DNA of 64,000 nucleotides from assembly GCA_963677355.2 (NCBI GenBank), contig CAXXXQ010000003.1:322364-386363 (forward strand). Direction: 5' to 3'. The stretch is from Thiomicrorhabdus sp. Its GTDB lineage: Bacteria; Pseudomonadota; Gammaproteobacteria; Thiomicrospirales; Thiomicrospiraceae. Of this stretch, positions 1-8,548 are shown piece after piece. Below the pieces are notes generated by a model, which ran no database searches, was not told where the DNA came from, and was given only the letters and a program-made list of their open reading frames with translations. Position 1 is the stretch's first letter, and each line of letters opens with the position of its first letter. The translations under genes were made by a program, and so were the position numbers.

Positions 1-1110
1 ACCCAGGAGACTCCATTGAAAGGCTTTGAACCCGGGCAACAGGTCATTATCGAAGCCGACAACGGCAAAGCGTTAGGTATGGGTTATGTGAATCCAAACA
101 CCTTGATCTGTGCGCGGCTGTTAAGCCGTAGTGTCAAAGTTGAGCTGAATATCAAATTCTTGAAGAAACGTATCCAGGCCGCTCAGGCGCTACGTGAATT
201 GCATTTTGCCGACCCTTTCTATCGCTTAGTGTTTGGTGAATCGGACGGCTTGCCCGGTTTGGTGATTGATCGCTTTGGTGATGTGTTTTCGGTGCAAATT
301 ACCACGGCAGGCATGGAGGTTGTTAAAGAGGATATTGTTCAGGTTCTAATCAACTTATACCAGCCGCAAGCGATCGTCATGAAAAACGATACCGTTAGCC
401 GTCAGCTTGAAGGCTTGGAACTTTATGAAGAGGTTGTTTACGGCGAATTACCGGATTCTTTAGTCATTACCGAAAATAATACCCAGTTTGAAATTCCTGT
501 CGAAGCCGGGCAGAAAACCGGATGGTTTTATGACCACCGTATTTCCCGTCAACGTCTACAGGCACTGGTGAAGGATAAAACCGTATTGGATGTGTTTAGT
601 TATCTCGGTGGCTGGGGGGTAGCGGCGGCCAATGCCGGAGCGGAATCGGTCGCTTGTGTTGATGCCTCCGAGTTCGCGCTGGATGGAGTGGATCGTAATG
701 CCGCCTTGAATGGTGTGGCCGACAAAATGGTGACGATTCAAGGTAATGCCTTTGATGTCATGAATGCTTTGAAAACCGACGGACAGAAATTCGATGTCGT
801 CATCGTTGATCCGCCGGCGTTTATTAAACGTAAGAAAGATTTCAAAAAAGGCTATGAGGCTTATCGCCGAATCAATGAATTGGCGATGCGTCTTTTGAAC
901 AAGGACGGTATTCTGGTTTCGGCCTCTTGCTCGCATCATTTGAGCCGTGACGATCTTTTAAAGGTTGTGCAGACTACCGCCCGCCATATCGATCGCAATG
1001 TCCAGCTGTTTGATCAGGGCCATCAGGGGCCGGATCATCCGATTCATCCGGCCATTCCGGAGACGGAATATATCAAGACTCTGTTTTTTAAAGTCTCGCC
1101 AACCTGGTGA
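1..1110 (+). CDS. rlmI: 23S rRNA m5C methyltransferase RlmI-like, class I SAM-dependent, 5' end probably outside the window
   Basis: Frame 1 is open from base 1 (TQETP precedes the TTG listed at 16). A PUA-like N-terminal part is followed by a SAM-MTase core (VLDVFSYLGGWG, VIVDPPAF) typical of the RlmI/RlmK family. Confidence 0.8.
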   Translation, partial: TQETPLKGFEPGQQVIIEADNGKALGMGYVNPNTLICARLLSRSVKVELNIKFLKKRIQAAQALRELHFADPFYRLVFGESDGLPGLVIDRFGDVFSVQITTAGMEVVKEDIVQVLINLYQPQAIVMKNDTVSRQLEGLELYEEVVYGELPDSLVITENNTQFEIPVEAGQKTGWFYDHRISRQRLQALVKDKTVLDVFSYLGGWGVAAANAGAESVACVDASEFALDGVDRNAALNGVADKMVTIQGNAFDVMNALKTDGQKFDVVIVDPPAFIKRKKDFKKGYEAYRRINELAMRLLNKDGILVSASCSHHLSRDDLLKVVQTTARHIDRNVQLFDQGHQGPDHPIHPAIPETEYIKTLFFKVSPTW

Positions 1111-1146
1111 TCCCGGTTGAAACGGTAATTCAGGTTTTCTGTCATC

Positions 1147-2349
1147 ATGGCTAAGAAATCACCCGCGATACTCACTCCGGTAGATCGCCTGCAACAGCAT
1201 CTTCCCAAATACTGTTTTTGGGATGAAGTCGAGCAGGTGCTTTATATCGATGCCCGCAAAATCTTTCCGAAAGAGGGTGTGGTGACCATTTTGGGTTGGG
1301 ACAATATGATGCTCAATGCCGAACCGATTCCGGAGTATCCCGCCTATTTTAAAATCATGCTCTGGGCCAAGCACTCCCAGTTTGCCGATTGGAAAAAACA
1401 GATTCCGGCCTGGGTACAGGACAGTTGTGCCTTGTTTCCGAGTCACCAGATGCAGTTGCTGCATTATGCCGGTAAATACCCGCAGATACTGGAACTGCTG
1501 GACCATGCTCCGATGTTGGCGTGGCGTTTAGTGACCTCGGGCATGGAAGAACCGGAAATCGTTGCCTTGATGTCCGGTAAACGTACTCAAATCGCCGAAT
1601 CGGTAGGCTGGCCGGGGAAAGCGGATACCGTTAAATTCCTGACCAATTTGCGTCTGCGCTGGGTGGATAAGAATATTGCCGAACAGATCGAGGTTTGTCT
1701 GTTGGATGAACAACGTTTAACCGCGCTACAGGATTTGCCGAGAATCAACTCAATGGCGCTGACCTTGGCTGCCCGGTTTCCCGAACTGATCGGCTCGACT
1801 TTGCACCACGCTTTGGCGCAACTACCTTGCCGACCTATGCAATGTCAAAGCATGGTCTCATTGTTGGAGGATGCCTATGCGCTTGCTGCATATTTACAAT
1901 TGGCGCAAGAACAGGTCGATCGCATTGGTCAATGTCGCTACTTGGTTGAGGTTACGAAACTTTATCTGACGTGGATGGATACCGTTTTTAGCTCGCAAAC
2001 CGAGGTTTTGCAGCCAACGGACGCTTTTCAATCGAGTTTGAAAGAACAGCCGCAGTTAGTCATTGTCGAGGATGATTGGCTGCGGCTTGCCAAGATTCAG
2101 CAGCATGCTTGGTTTATCGACTATGCCGGGCATGAGAATCATAAGCAGCTTTATGTTTGGGAGGACGAAGAAGGCGTTTGGGCTGCGCTGCTACACGCTC
2201 ATCTGCCTGACAATCCGCAATTATCCAAACAGGTCGAGCAACTGTATTCTATTGAACGGGTTAGAGGTTTGGAAAATCGCTTGCCGGGAGCCAAACAACT
2301 GTCGACTTTGCATCTATGGCAGGCTCAACAGCTTAAACAGGGAGACTGA
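1147..2349 (+). CDS. hypothetical protein, 400 aa, no recognisable motif
   Basis: Long ORF on the same strand 37 nt after the rlmI stop. The next gene starts 5 nt after its stop. I cannot assign any domain by eye. Confidence 0.6.
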   Translation: MAKKSPAILTPVDRLQQHLPKYCFWDEVEQVLYIDARKIFPKEGVVTILGWDNMMLNAEPIPEYPAYFKIMLWAKHSQFADWKKQIPAWVQDSCALFPSHQMQLLHYAGKYPQILELLDHAPMLAWRLVTSGMEEPEIVALMSGKRTQIAESVGWPGKADTVKFLTNLRLRWVDKNIAEQIEVCLLDEQRLTALQDLPRINSMALTLAARFPELIGSTLHHALAQLPCRPMQCQSMVSLLEDAYALAAYLQLAQEQVDRIGQCRYLVEVTKLYLTWMDTVFSSQTEVLQPTDAFQSSLKEQPQLVIVEDDWLRLAKIQQHAWFIDYAGHENHKQLYVWEDEEGVWAALLHAHLPDNPQLSKQVEQLYSIERVRGLENRLPGAKQLSTLHLWQAQQLKQGD

Positions 2350-2353
2350 GGGG

Positions 2354-2929
2354 ATGAGAATTCAGGGAGAAATCGTCTCTTGGAATCAAGGCAAGGGGTT
2401 CGGCTTTGTTAAGCCTACCGACGGCGGAAAAGAGATATTTATCCATATCAAAGAGTTTAATTGGAAGCCGCAAGTCGGGCAGAAGATTACTTTTTCAATC
2501 GGTCAGGATAAACAAGGTAGAACTTGCGGTAAAACCGCGATATTGTCGGGCGACTTTTTAGAATATGAAAAATCGACAGGCAGTTCCTTTATGCAGATTC
2601 TGCTCGGATTGATTGCCTTGTTGACGATAGCCGTCCTGAGTTTTGTTTTCGAGTTCACTCACTGGTTGCCGATCGTCTATATCGGGGCAAGTATGCTGAC
2701 TTATTTCATTTATTGGATCGATAAAAACGCAGCACTGAGCGGTGGGCGGAGAACACCAGAAAATACTTTGCACCTCTTGTCGTTATTTTGCGGTTGGCCG
2801 GGTGCCCTGATTGCGCAGCAAAAGTTGAGGCACAAAACCAAAAAACAACCGTTCCGTTTTATTTTCTGGTTAACGGTCGTAGTCAATATAGGTGGTATTT
2901 ATTATTTAACGCTTAAGGGTGTGATTTAG
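2354..2929 (+). CDS. cold-shock (OB) domain fused to a DUF1294-type membrane domain
   Basis: The ATG at 2354 is aa 98 of listed ORF 2063..2929. The upstream part overlaps the previous gene and is rejected. The N-terminus GEIVSWNQGKGFGFVKP is a CSD signature. The C-terminal half is hydrophobic with WIDKNAA..GGRRTPE..LH.L...GGWPGA..AQ...RHKT.K, as in DUF1294. Confidence 0.8.
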   Translation: MRIQGEIVSWNQGKGFGFVKPTDGGKEIFIHIKEFNWKPQVGQKITFSIGQDKQGRTCGKTAILSGDFLEYEKSTGSSFMQILLGLIALLTIAVLSFVFEFTHWLPIVYIGASMLTYFIYWIDKNAALSGGRRTPENTLHLLSLFCGWPGALIAQQKLRHKTKKQPFRFIFWLTVVVNIGGIYYLTLKGVI

Positions 2930-2958
2930 TGATGATCTGGTTAATCTGGTGATATGTT

Positions 2959-2981
2959 GGTTTCGGCGAATTACCGAAACC
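2959..2981. terminator. 8-bp perfect hairpin between convergent genes, without a clear U-tract
   Basis: GGTTTCGG-cgaatta-CCGAAACC lies between the stop of the CSD-DUF1294 gene (2929) and the stop of lysA (3017). No T-run follows on either strand, so terminator function is uncertain. Confidence 0.3.
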
Positions 2982-3016
2982 GATGGTCTTGCTAGTCGTA
3001 ACAATCAGGTCAGGCT

Positions 3017-4282
3017 TTAATCTTCAATCAGAATTTCAGAACCAAATAAGTCTGCATAGGTTTCACGCGGACGAATCAAAAATGCTTGATCGCCTTGAAC
3101 CATGACTTCCGCCGCACGAGGGCGGGTGTTGTAGTTCGAGCTCATGGTAAACCCGTAGGCTCCAGCCGATTTAACTGCTAGCAGATCGCCCGCTTTTAAG
3201 TTCAGGGTGCGATCTTTACCGAGGAAGTCGCCGGTTTCGCAGACCGGACCAACCAGATCCCAACTTTTTTCCAGACCATCAGTACGCGGCGTGACCGGGA
3301 CGATTTCCTGATAGGCCTGATAAAGCGCAGGGCGGATCAAGTCATTCATAGCGCCGTCGATAATCGCGAAGTTTTTATGTTCGGTCGGTTTTAGGTATTC
3401 CACTTCCGTCAGTAGCACACCAGCATTACCGGCAATGGCGCGGCCGGGTTCAATGATGATTTCCATCTCTGGATCGTTCAGTTTGGCGATCAAGGCTTGA
3501 ATGTAATCCTGAATCGGAGGAGGTGTTTCGTCGGTATATTGGATACCTAAACCGCCGCCTAAATCCAAATGGTGGATATCAATTCCCATCTCTTCCAGAG
3601 TGACTTTCAGTGCCAATACCCGTTCCAGAGCATCGACGAACGGCGTGATTTCCGTCAGCTGGGAACCGATATGGCAATCGATACCAACCGGATTGACGTG
3701 AGAGCAAGCGCAGGCGTCGGCGTACAGTTCCGGAGCGGTATTGATGTCGACACCGAACTTATTGTCTTTCAATCCGGTCGAGATGTAAGGATGGGTTTTC
3801 GCATCCACATCCGGATTGACTCGGATCGAAATATTGGCGATTTGGTCCATCTGTTCGGCAACCGCTTGAATGCGATCTAATTCGGCATGCGATTCGATAT
3901 TGAAACAGCGGATACCGACTTCCAGAGCACGACGAATTTCGGATGACTTTTTCGCTACACCGGAAAAAACCACTTTGCTGGCGTCGCCGCCTGCTTTCAA
4001 GACACGTTCCAGTTCACCTTGAGAGACGATGTCGAACCCGGCACCGAGTTTGGCAAGTACATTTAATACCGCGATATTCGAGTTGGTTTTAACCGCATAG
4101 CAGACCAAATGCGGTTGCGTGCCGAAGGCTTGGTCGAATGCACTCCAGCGATTTTCGAATTCGCTGCGCGAGTAAACGTAAAGCGGGGTTCCGTATTCTT
4201 TTGCCAGAGCGTCAAGACTGACGTTTTCGGCATAAAGTGTTGCAGATGTTCCGTTGTTTTTTAAGCTGAATGCTTGTGTCAT
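3017..4282 (-). CDS. lysA: diaminopimelate decarboxylase
   Basis: 421-aa ORF with fold-type III PLP decarboxylase features (YAVKTNSN PLP-lysine region, HIGSQ, GGGLGI, CETGD, SAGAYG). Confidence 0.95.
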   Translation of the reverse strand: MTQAFSLKNNGTSATLYAENVSLDALAKEYGTPLYVYSRSEFENRWSAFDQAFGTQPHLVCYAVKTNSNIAVLNVLAKLGAGFDIVSQGELERVLKAGGDASKVVFSGVAKKSSEIRRALEVGIRCFNIESHAELDRIQAVAEQMDQIANISIRVNPDVDAKTHPYISTGLKDNKFGVDINTAPELYADACACSHVNPVGIDCHIGSQLTEITPFVDALERVLALKVTLEEMGIDIHHLDLGGGLGIQYTDETPPPIQDYIQALIAKLNDPEMEIIIEPGRAIAGNAGVLLTEVEYLKPTEHKNFAIIDGAMNDLIRPALYQAYQEIVPVTPRTDGLEKSWDLVGPVCETGDFLGKDRTLNLKAGDLLAVKSAGAYGFTMSSNYNTRPRAAEVMVQGDQAFLIRPRETYADLFGSEILIED

Positions 4283-4294
4283 GATAGTTCCTGG

Positions 4295-4444
4295 TTAGGG
4301 ATTAAACTTAAAATTTTGCGGTGCGCTTTCCGTTTGCTGGGTCTGCGTCTGTTTCGGTTCGTCTTCCGGCAGATAGAGCGGGCCTTTTTTTCCACAACCT
4401 GCCAGCAGTACACCGCTAAAAAGCGTTAAGATAATCAGTCGCAT
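4295..4444 (-). CDS. lptM: small lipoprotein LptM/YifL (LppL-like), 49 aa, absent from the ORF track
   Basis: Hand translation of the minus strand gives MRLIILTLFSGVLLAGCGKKGPLYLPEDEPKQTQTQQTESAPQNFKFNP. It has a lipobox LAGC followed by the conserved GxKGPLYLP motif. It lies 12 nt upstream of lysA, the usual position of this gene. Confidence 0.8.
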   Translation of the reverse strand: MRLIILTLFSGVLLAGCGKKGPLYLPEDEPKQTQTQQTESAPQNFKFNP

Positions 4445-4637
4445 AATCGTTTCCAGTGTCGGGTTTGAAGCACAGGGCAGTGGGGTAAAAGCCCGCTTTT
4501 CCTAGCGTTCACCGTTTTTAAGTTGTGCTCGTTGAGTCGATGCAATTAAAATGGGTGCAATTTTACCAAAGAGTCGTGCATAACTCACGATTTAAGCGCT
4601 CTTTGATGTTTTTGATTTTAGCGAATTCAGGTTTTTT

Positions 4638-5333
4638 ATGACAGCAAGTTACAGTTTGACGGATTTGGATCCTAGTATTGTCGTTGAGCCGCCGCAATCG
4701 GCGGATTGTGCCGTGATTTGGTTACATGGTTTGGGGGCGGACGGCCACGATTTTGTCGGTATCTTGCCGCAATTGAACCTGCCGGCCGATCATCGTATCC
4801 GCTTTGTGTTCCCGCACGCGCCGGTTCAGCCGGTGACGGTCAACGGCGGTATGGCCATGCGTTCCTGGTACGATATTTACTCGATGAGTATTGCCGACAA
4901 AATGGACCTGCATAGTATTCAGCTTTCCAGTCAGGTGTTGAACGATTTGATTGACGAGCAGATCGGGCAGGGCATAGCAGAGCAGAATATCGTGATCGCC
5001 GGTTTTTCTCAAGGGGGGCTGATTGCCCTTAATACCGCCCTGAGCTGTACGAAATCTTTAGCTGGCGTCATGGCATTGTCTACTTATTATCCGGCAGCCT
5101 GTTTGGAAGCGATCACTCGGCCAATCAACCGGGATATTCCGGTTTTTATGGCGCACGGGCGTTTCGATCAGGTTGTGCCTTATTCGGTAGCGGAAGCTTC
5201 CCGTCAGCGTTTAACCGATGCGGGCTGTCAGCTTGAATGGCACAGTTATCCGATGGAACATCAAGTATGCATGGAAGAGATTGAAGCGATTGCCGGATGG
5301 TTAACCGATAAACTGAAGGTATCCGACGGATGA
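4638..5333 (+). CDS. alpha/beta-hydrolase carboxylesterase/phospholipase family protein
   Basis: LHGLGADG near the N-terminus, a GFSQGG nucleophile elbow, and a C-terminal HG..D and H triad context. Size about 230 aa, typical of the Abhydrolase_2 family. Confidence 0.8.
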   Translation: MTASYSLTDLDPSIVVEPPQSADCAVIWLHGLGADGHDFVGILPQLNLPADHRIRFVFPHAPVQPVTVNGGMAMRSWYDIYSMSIADKMDLHSIQLSSQVLNDLIDEQIGQGIAEQNIVIAGFSQGGLIALNTALSCTKSLAGVMALSTYYPAACLEAITRPINRDIPVFMAHGRFDQVVPYSVAEASRQRLTDAGCQLEWHSYPMEHQVCMEEIEAIAGWLTDKLKVSDG

Positions 5334-5830
5334 ATCCGCAGCAGCAATGTCTTGAGTTTATCCGCGCCAGACGCAGCCTGGTGATTAGCACCCAAGATAA
5401 TGACGGTCTGCTGGAAACCAGTGTGGTGCCGTTTGTTGAGTCTGACGGCTGCTTCTATATTTTTGTCAGTGAGCTGGCGAAACATACTCAAAACTTGTTG
5501 GCGAAATTGAATCAAAATGAATCTGAACCGCTACAAATCAGTGCTTTGATGCTGGCGGACGAGAGTGAAACCGAGCAGTTGTTTGCCCGTGAACGAATCG
5601 GTTTTCAACTGAGGGTGGTCGAGGTAGTGCGAGAAGAGGCTCGTTATGATCCGGTGCTTGCTTTGTTTGCCGAGCGCTTTGGTGATGTGGTTGAGGTGTT
5701 AAACGGTTTGCCGGATTTCCACCTGTTTGAGTTAAGCAGCCAAAACGGTTCTTATGTGCGCGGTTTTGGTCAAGCTTTTGCTTTTCAAGGTTTGCCGGAG
5801 ACGGGTTTAACCCGTTTGAAAACAAAATAG
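5330..5830 (+). CDS. pyridoxamine-5'-phosphate-oxidase-like split-barrel protein (HugZ/HutZ-like)
   Basis: 166 aa, with a 4-nt overlap (ATGA) with the esterase gene. The N-terminal pattern R..R..VIST.D.DG....S.VPFV and overall size resemble the PNPOx/HutZ family. This assignment is by eye only. Confidence 0.5.
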   Translation: MNPQQQCLEFIRARRSLVISTQDNDGLLETSVVPFVESDGCFYIFVSELAKHTQNLLAKLNQNESEPLQISALMLADESETEQLFARERIGFQLRVVEVVREEARYDPVLALFAERFGDVVEVLNGLPDFHLFELSSQNGSYVRGFGQAFAFQGLPETGLTRLKTK

Positions 5831-5852
5831 ATAATTTAAGGAATTTTGGTTA

Positions 5853-6770
5853 ATGGCTGTAGAGCGACGTTATTTTCGTTACGATGTGATCCTGCCGATG
5901 CACATGGAACCGGTTGACCGGTTCGGTAAGCATTTAGGGGCGGAGCGTCGTCAGCTCATTACTGCCGAAGAAGAAGAGAAGCTCCGAGTACTCAATATAC
6001 AAATTGAGGATTGGCTTGAAAAAATCTTTGGTGCCAGCTCCAGCGCTCTTTATGTGTTTTACGCTTTGAACCACCGCCTGAATTTTATGTGGTGGCTGAT
6101 TGATCATTTGATTGAGTCCACCGACCCGCGTTTGGCGAATGATTTTAGGTTCCGTTGTAAAGAGGACAAAAAATTCGAACCGCCTAAAAGCCGAAAGGAA
6201 TCAACCATTGCGCCGTTGATTTTAGGGTTCTATAAGACGATTGATTCCTATCTCGAAGAGTTGTTAGGGGTCGTGGATAAAAGTTTGGAAGGGAAAATCT
6301 TTATCTACTCCCAGCCTGAAAACGAGTTTTTCGATGATAAGGTCTATGTTAAAAATCTCGACGAACTGGCTAAAGAAGGAGTCTTACCGGCCAAAGTGTT
6401 AAGGCTGATGATCGATAAGCTCAATCTGCTCGAAATGGTTCTCGGCCGCTTGAAAACAGCCTTCAGAAAAATTTCCGAATCGGAAGACTGGAATCATTAT
6501 CAGGTCAATCTCAGTGCCGGCGGCTTCAGTTTTTTGTCGGAAACGCAAGCTGAGCTGTTTATGCAGATGGATATCTTCATGGAGATAGACAATGAGGTTC
6601 TGATCTGTCGAGGAAAAGTGGTTTCACAGACCGCTTCGGGTGATGATTTGCGGCCTTTTAGAGTCGGAATTCAGTTTGATCTGCTAACCGCAGAGCAAGA
6701 ACACAAGATTACGCTGTTTGAACAACGTCACGAGCTCCGCGATGCGATGATGACGGTCGCCGTTCCGTAA
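5853..6770 (+). CDS. PilZ-like protein with widely separated RxxxR and NxSxxG motifs (split PilZ), 305 aa
   Basis: N-terminus MAVERRYFRYDV (RxxxR). About 205 residues later comes VNLSAGGFSF (D/NxSxxG), followed by a beta-rich C-terminus (CRGKVVS...FRVGIQFD). Paralogous to 7239..8186. Confidence 0.6.
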   Translation: MAVERRYFRYDVILPMHMEPVDRFGKHLGAERRQLITAEEEEKLRVLNIQIEDWLEKIFGASSSALYVFYALNHRLNFMWWLIDHLIESTDPRLANDFRFRCKEDKKFEPPKSRKESTIAPLILGFYKTIDSYLEELLGVVDKSLEGKIFIYSQPENEFFDDKVYVKNLDELAKEGVLPAKVLRLMIDKLNLLEMVLGRLKTAFRKISESEDWNHYQVNLSAGGFSFLSETQAELFMQMDIFMEIDNEVLICRGKVVSQTASGDDLRPFRVGIQFDLLTAEQEHKITLFEQRHELRDAMMTVAVP

Positions 6771-6785
6771 TCCGGCAACCAAGGT

Positions 6786-7214
6786 TCAAGATCGCGGGAC
6801 TTGCGCTCTGGCAAAGCGAATATTCTGCTGTTTGACCTGAATGGCATTTTTTAGCCAGTCTGCCAATTTCGGATGCTCGGCAAGTAAAGATTGATGTAAT
6901 TCAAGCGGGTCGGCAGATTCTTTTCCGTATGCGAAAGCGGTGATCTCGATTAGTTTATCGATATAGCGGTTCGGAAAGTGCAGTTGAATATCGAAATAAC
7001 TTACCTTGGTCAGAATGACCGAATCCAGCACATGAATCCATTGTGCGGTCGAGAGATTAAATTTGTTCTTCAGGAATTCGCTTGGCCCGTTTAGCCGGTA
7101 TTCCAGCATCTCCTTTAAACTGGAATAGCGGATCAAATCCAATGCGGCTTCCCTGACGGAAAGCGGAAGTGCATCCATAAAAGTTGCATCAATATCATGA
7201 TTGCTGCCAGGCAT
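6786..7214 (-). CDS. hypothetical protein, 142 aa, cotranscribed with the second PilZ-like gene
   Basis: ORF starts 24 nt after the stop of 7239..8186 on the same strand. No recognisable motif. Confidence 0.5.
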   Translation of the reverse strand: MPGSNHDIDATFMDALPLSVREAALDLIRYSSLKEMLEYRLNGPSEFLKNKFNLSTAQWIHVLDSVILTKVSYFDIQLHFPNRYIDKLIEITAFAYGKESADPLELHQSLLAEHPKLADWLKNAIQVKQQNIRFARAQVPRS

Positions 7215-7238
7215 CAGTCGTGTCCTTTGCTTTAACGA

Positions 7239-8186
7239 TCAATCAAAAAAAGTGTACTTCATACACTCTTTGACTTCCTGTTTTTGAATCTCTTGCTGAA
7301 CAAAATTCTGGTCATTGCCGTTTGGAAACTCAAAGTTAATGGCAATGCGCTCTAAATGTTGATCTTTGATTTCCCGGATGTCGACCACGGTACCTTCAAA
7401 CTGGATGTATTTACTGCTCTCTTCGAAATATAAAAAAACGTTAACTCTCGAGTAGACATCAAACAGTTTCGGCATTAATACGGCAAGGCCGCTAGCACTG
7501 ATATTGGCCATTTTCAGAGGCCACTCCTGAGGAAAGTGCTGTATGTAATTGTCATCGTTGATTTGGCGGTGCGCTTCCAGATAAGCTTCAAGCAGTTCAG
7601 CCAGATGCAAAATGGTTTGTACCAGCGGAATACGGGAAAATTTTTCCTGTTTGAACAGTTTCATGGTTTCGTCCAGTTTAAAACCGACCGGTAGATGGCC
7701 TTCAACTTGAAAACTGTCTTCGTCGGAGCCGTTGATACTGGTGACTAAGGCGTTCAAAAATGCGAGGTATTTATCCTCAATCAGTTTGAAGTACTGAAAG
7801 GTTTTGGGCGAGCTCTCTTTGATTTTACTGATGGTGGTAAAACCGCTAAGTTTTCCTTTGATTTGCATCCAGTAATTCGGATCTTTTTTGGGGTGTTCGC
7901 CGTTGGATATTTTTTGCAGGCAGAGCCCGTAAAACTCGACGTCGGCAATAATTTCATTAACGATCGCGCTAATCAGTTCTTTTTGGTCTTGAATACGCTC
8001 AAGCGAGTGAACGGTGGCGAATTTCAGCCCCTCGATATTGCCAAGCACAGACTTCGGAAAGTAATTTACACCGGTTGCATAGATCTCTCTCTCTTCAAGC
8101 GGAGAGCTAGGGATAACGAAATATCTTAGAGGCATGTCTACACGGTGGAAGCGTCGTGCATTGCCTTTTCTAAACCATTGGTGCAT
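7239..8186 (-). CDS. PilZ-like protein with widely separated RxxxR and NxSxxG motifs (split PilZ), 315 aa
   Basis: N-terminus ...GNARRFHRVDMP (RxxxR). About 215 residues later comes ANISASGLAVL (NxSxxG), then FEGTVVDI...RIAINFEF. The central insert aligns by eye with the insert of 5853..6770. Confidence 0.6.
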   Translation of the reverse strand: MHQWFRKGNARRFHRVDMPLRYFVIPSSPLEEREIYATGVNYFPKSVLGNIEGLKFATVHSLERIQDQKELISAIVNEIIADVEFYGLCLQKISNGEHPKKDPNYWMQIKGKLSGFTTISKIKESSPKTFQYFKLIEDKYLAFLNALVTSINGSDEDSFQVEGHLPVGFKLDETMKLFKQEKFSRIPLVQTILHLAELLEAYLEAHRQINDDNYIQHFPQEWPLKMANISASGLAVLMPKLFDVYSRVNVFLYFEESSKYIQFEGTVVDIREIKDQHLERIAINFEFPNGNDQNFVQQEIQKQEVKECMKYTFFD

Positions 8187-8274
8187 TGATCATTTTCTTG
8201 TGTTTTTGTGGGATGAATGCAAGAAGTGTTCCCAAAATTAAGCAGCACGCAAATTAATGCATGACTTGGGCATT

Positions 8275-8544
8275 TTAAATAATTTGTACCGGAATTGATA
8301 GCGGTTTGATAGCTGCGTCAATCCATTGGAATTGCGCGCCCTTGGATACTTGGTGGCAGTTTGTCGAACAGCTGCCGGTCGAGCAGCTTGCCGAGGTAGC
8401 AATTTCTTGAATATGACCCTGCTGCAATAGCGGCTCCAATAGCCCTATCGCCGCGGCTTCGTCGATGTTGAAATGGTATTGAATATCTTGAAGCGTAACC
8501 CGTTGATGCTGTTTGATGTATTTTTTCAGTTCCAGCAAAATCAT
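8275..8544 (-). CDS. feoC: ferrous iron transport protein FeoC-like, winged-helix with Cys-rich loop
   Basis: Internal start MILLELKKYIK... is aa 24 of listed ORF 8275..8613 and lies immediately after the feoB stop (8549). An HTH-like N-terminus is followed by a CSTGSCSTNC cluster resembling the FeoC Fe-S loop. Confidence 0.7.
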   Translation of the reverse strand: MILLELKKYIKQHQRVTLQDIQYHFNIDEAAAIGLLEPLLQQGHIQEIATSASCSTGSCSTNCHQVSKGAQFQWIDAAIKPLSIPVQII

Positions 8545-8548
8545 CGAA

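Noticed and set aside
556-939. Antisense ORFs inside well-supported genes (for example 556..939, 1159..1506, 3569..3880, 4722..5012, 9738..10096, 21851..22246, 31464..31991, 36689..37181, 53031..53369, 58534..58902)
   Set aside because: Each lies entirely within, and opposite to, a gene with clear family motifs. Their translations are low-complexity or Arg/Ser/Leu-rich shadow frames with no recognisable domains.
2063-2353. 5' extensions of listed ORFs (2063..2353, 16935..16988, 18172..18231, 26614..26709, 33433..33567, 35630..35719, 36290..36355, 42668..42697, 44608..44712, 51170..51217)
   Set aside because: In each case an internal ATG or GTG gives an N-terminus matching the known family start or a signal peptide. 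The extension overlaps an upstream gene, a terminator hairpin or a promoter.
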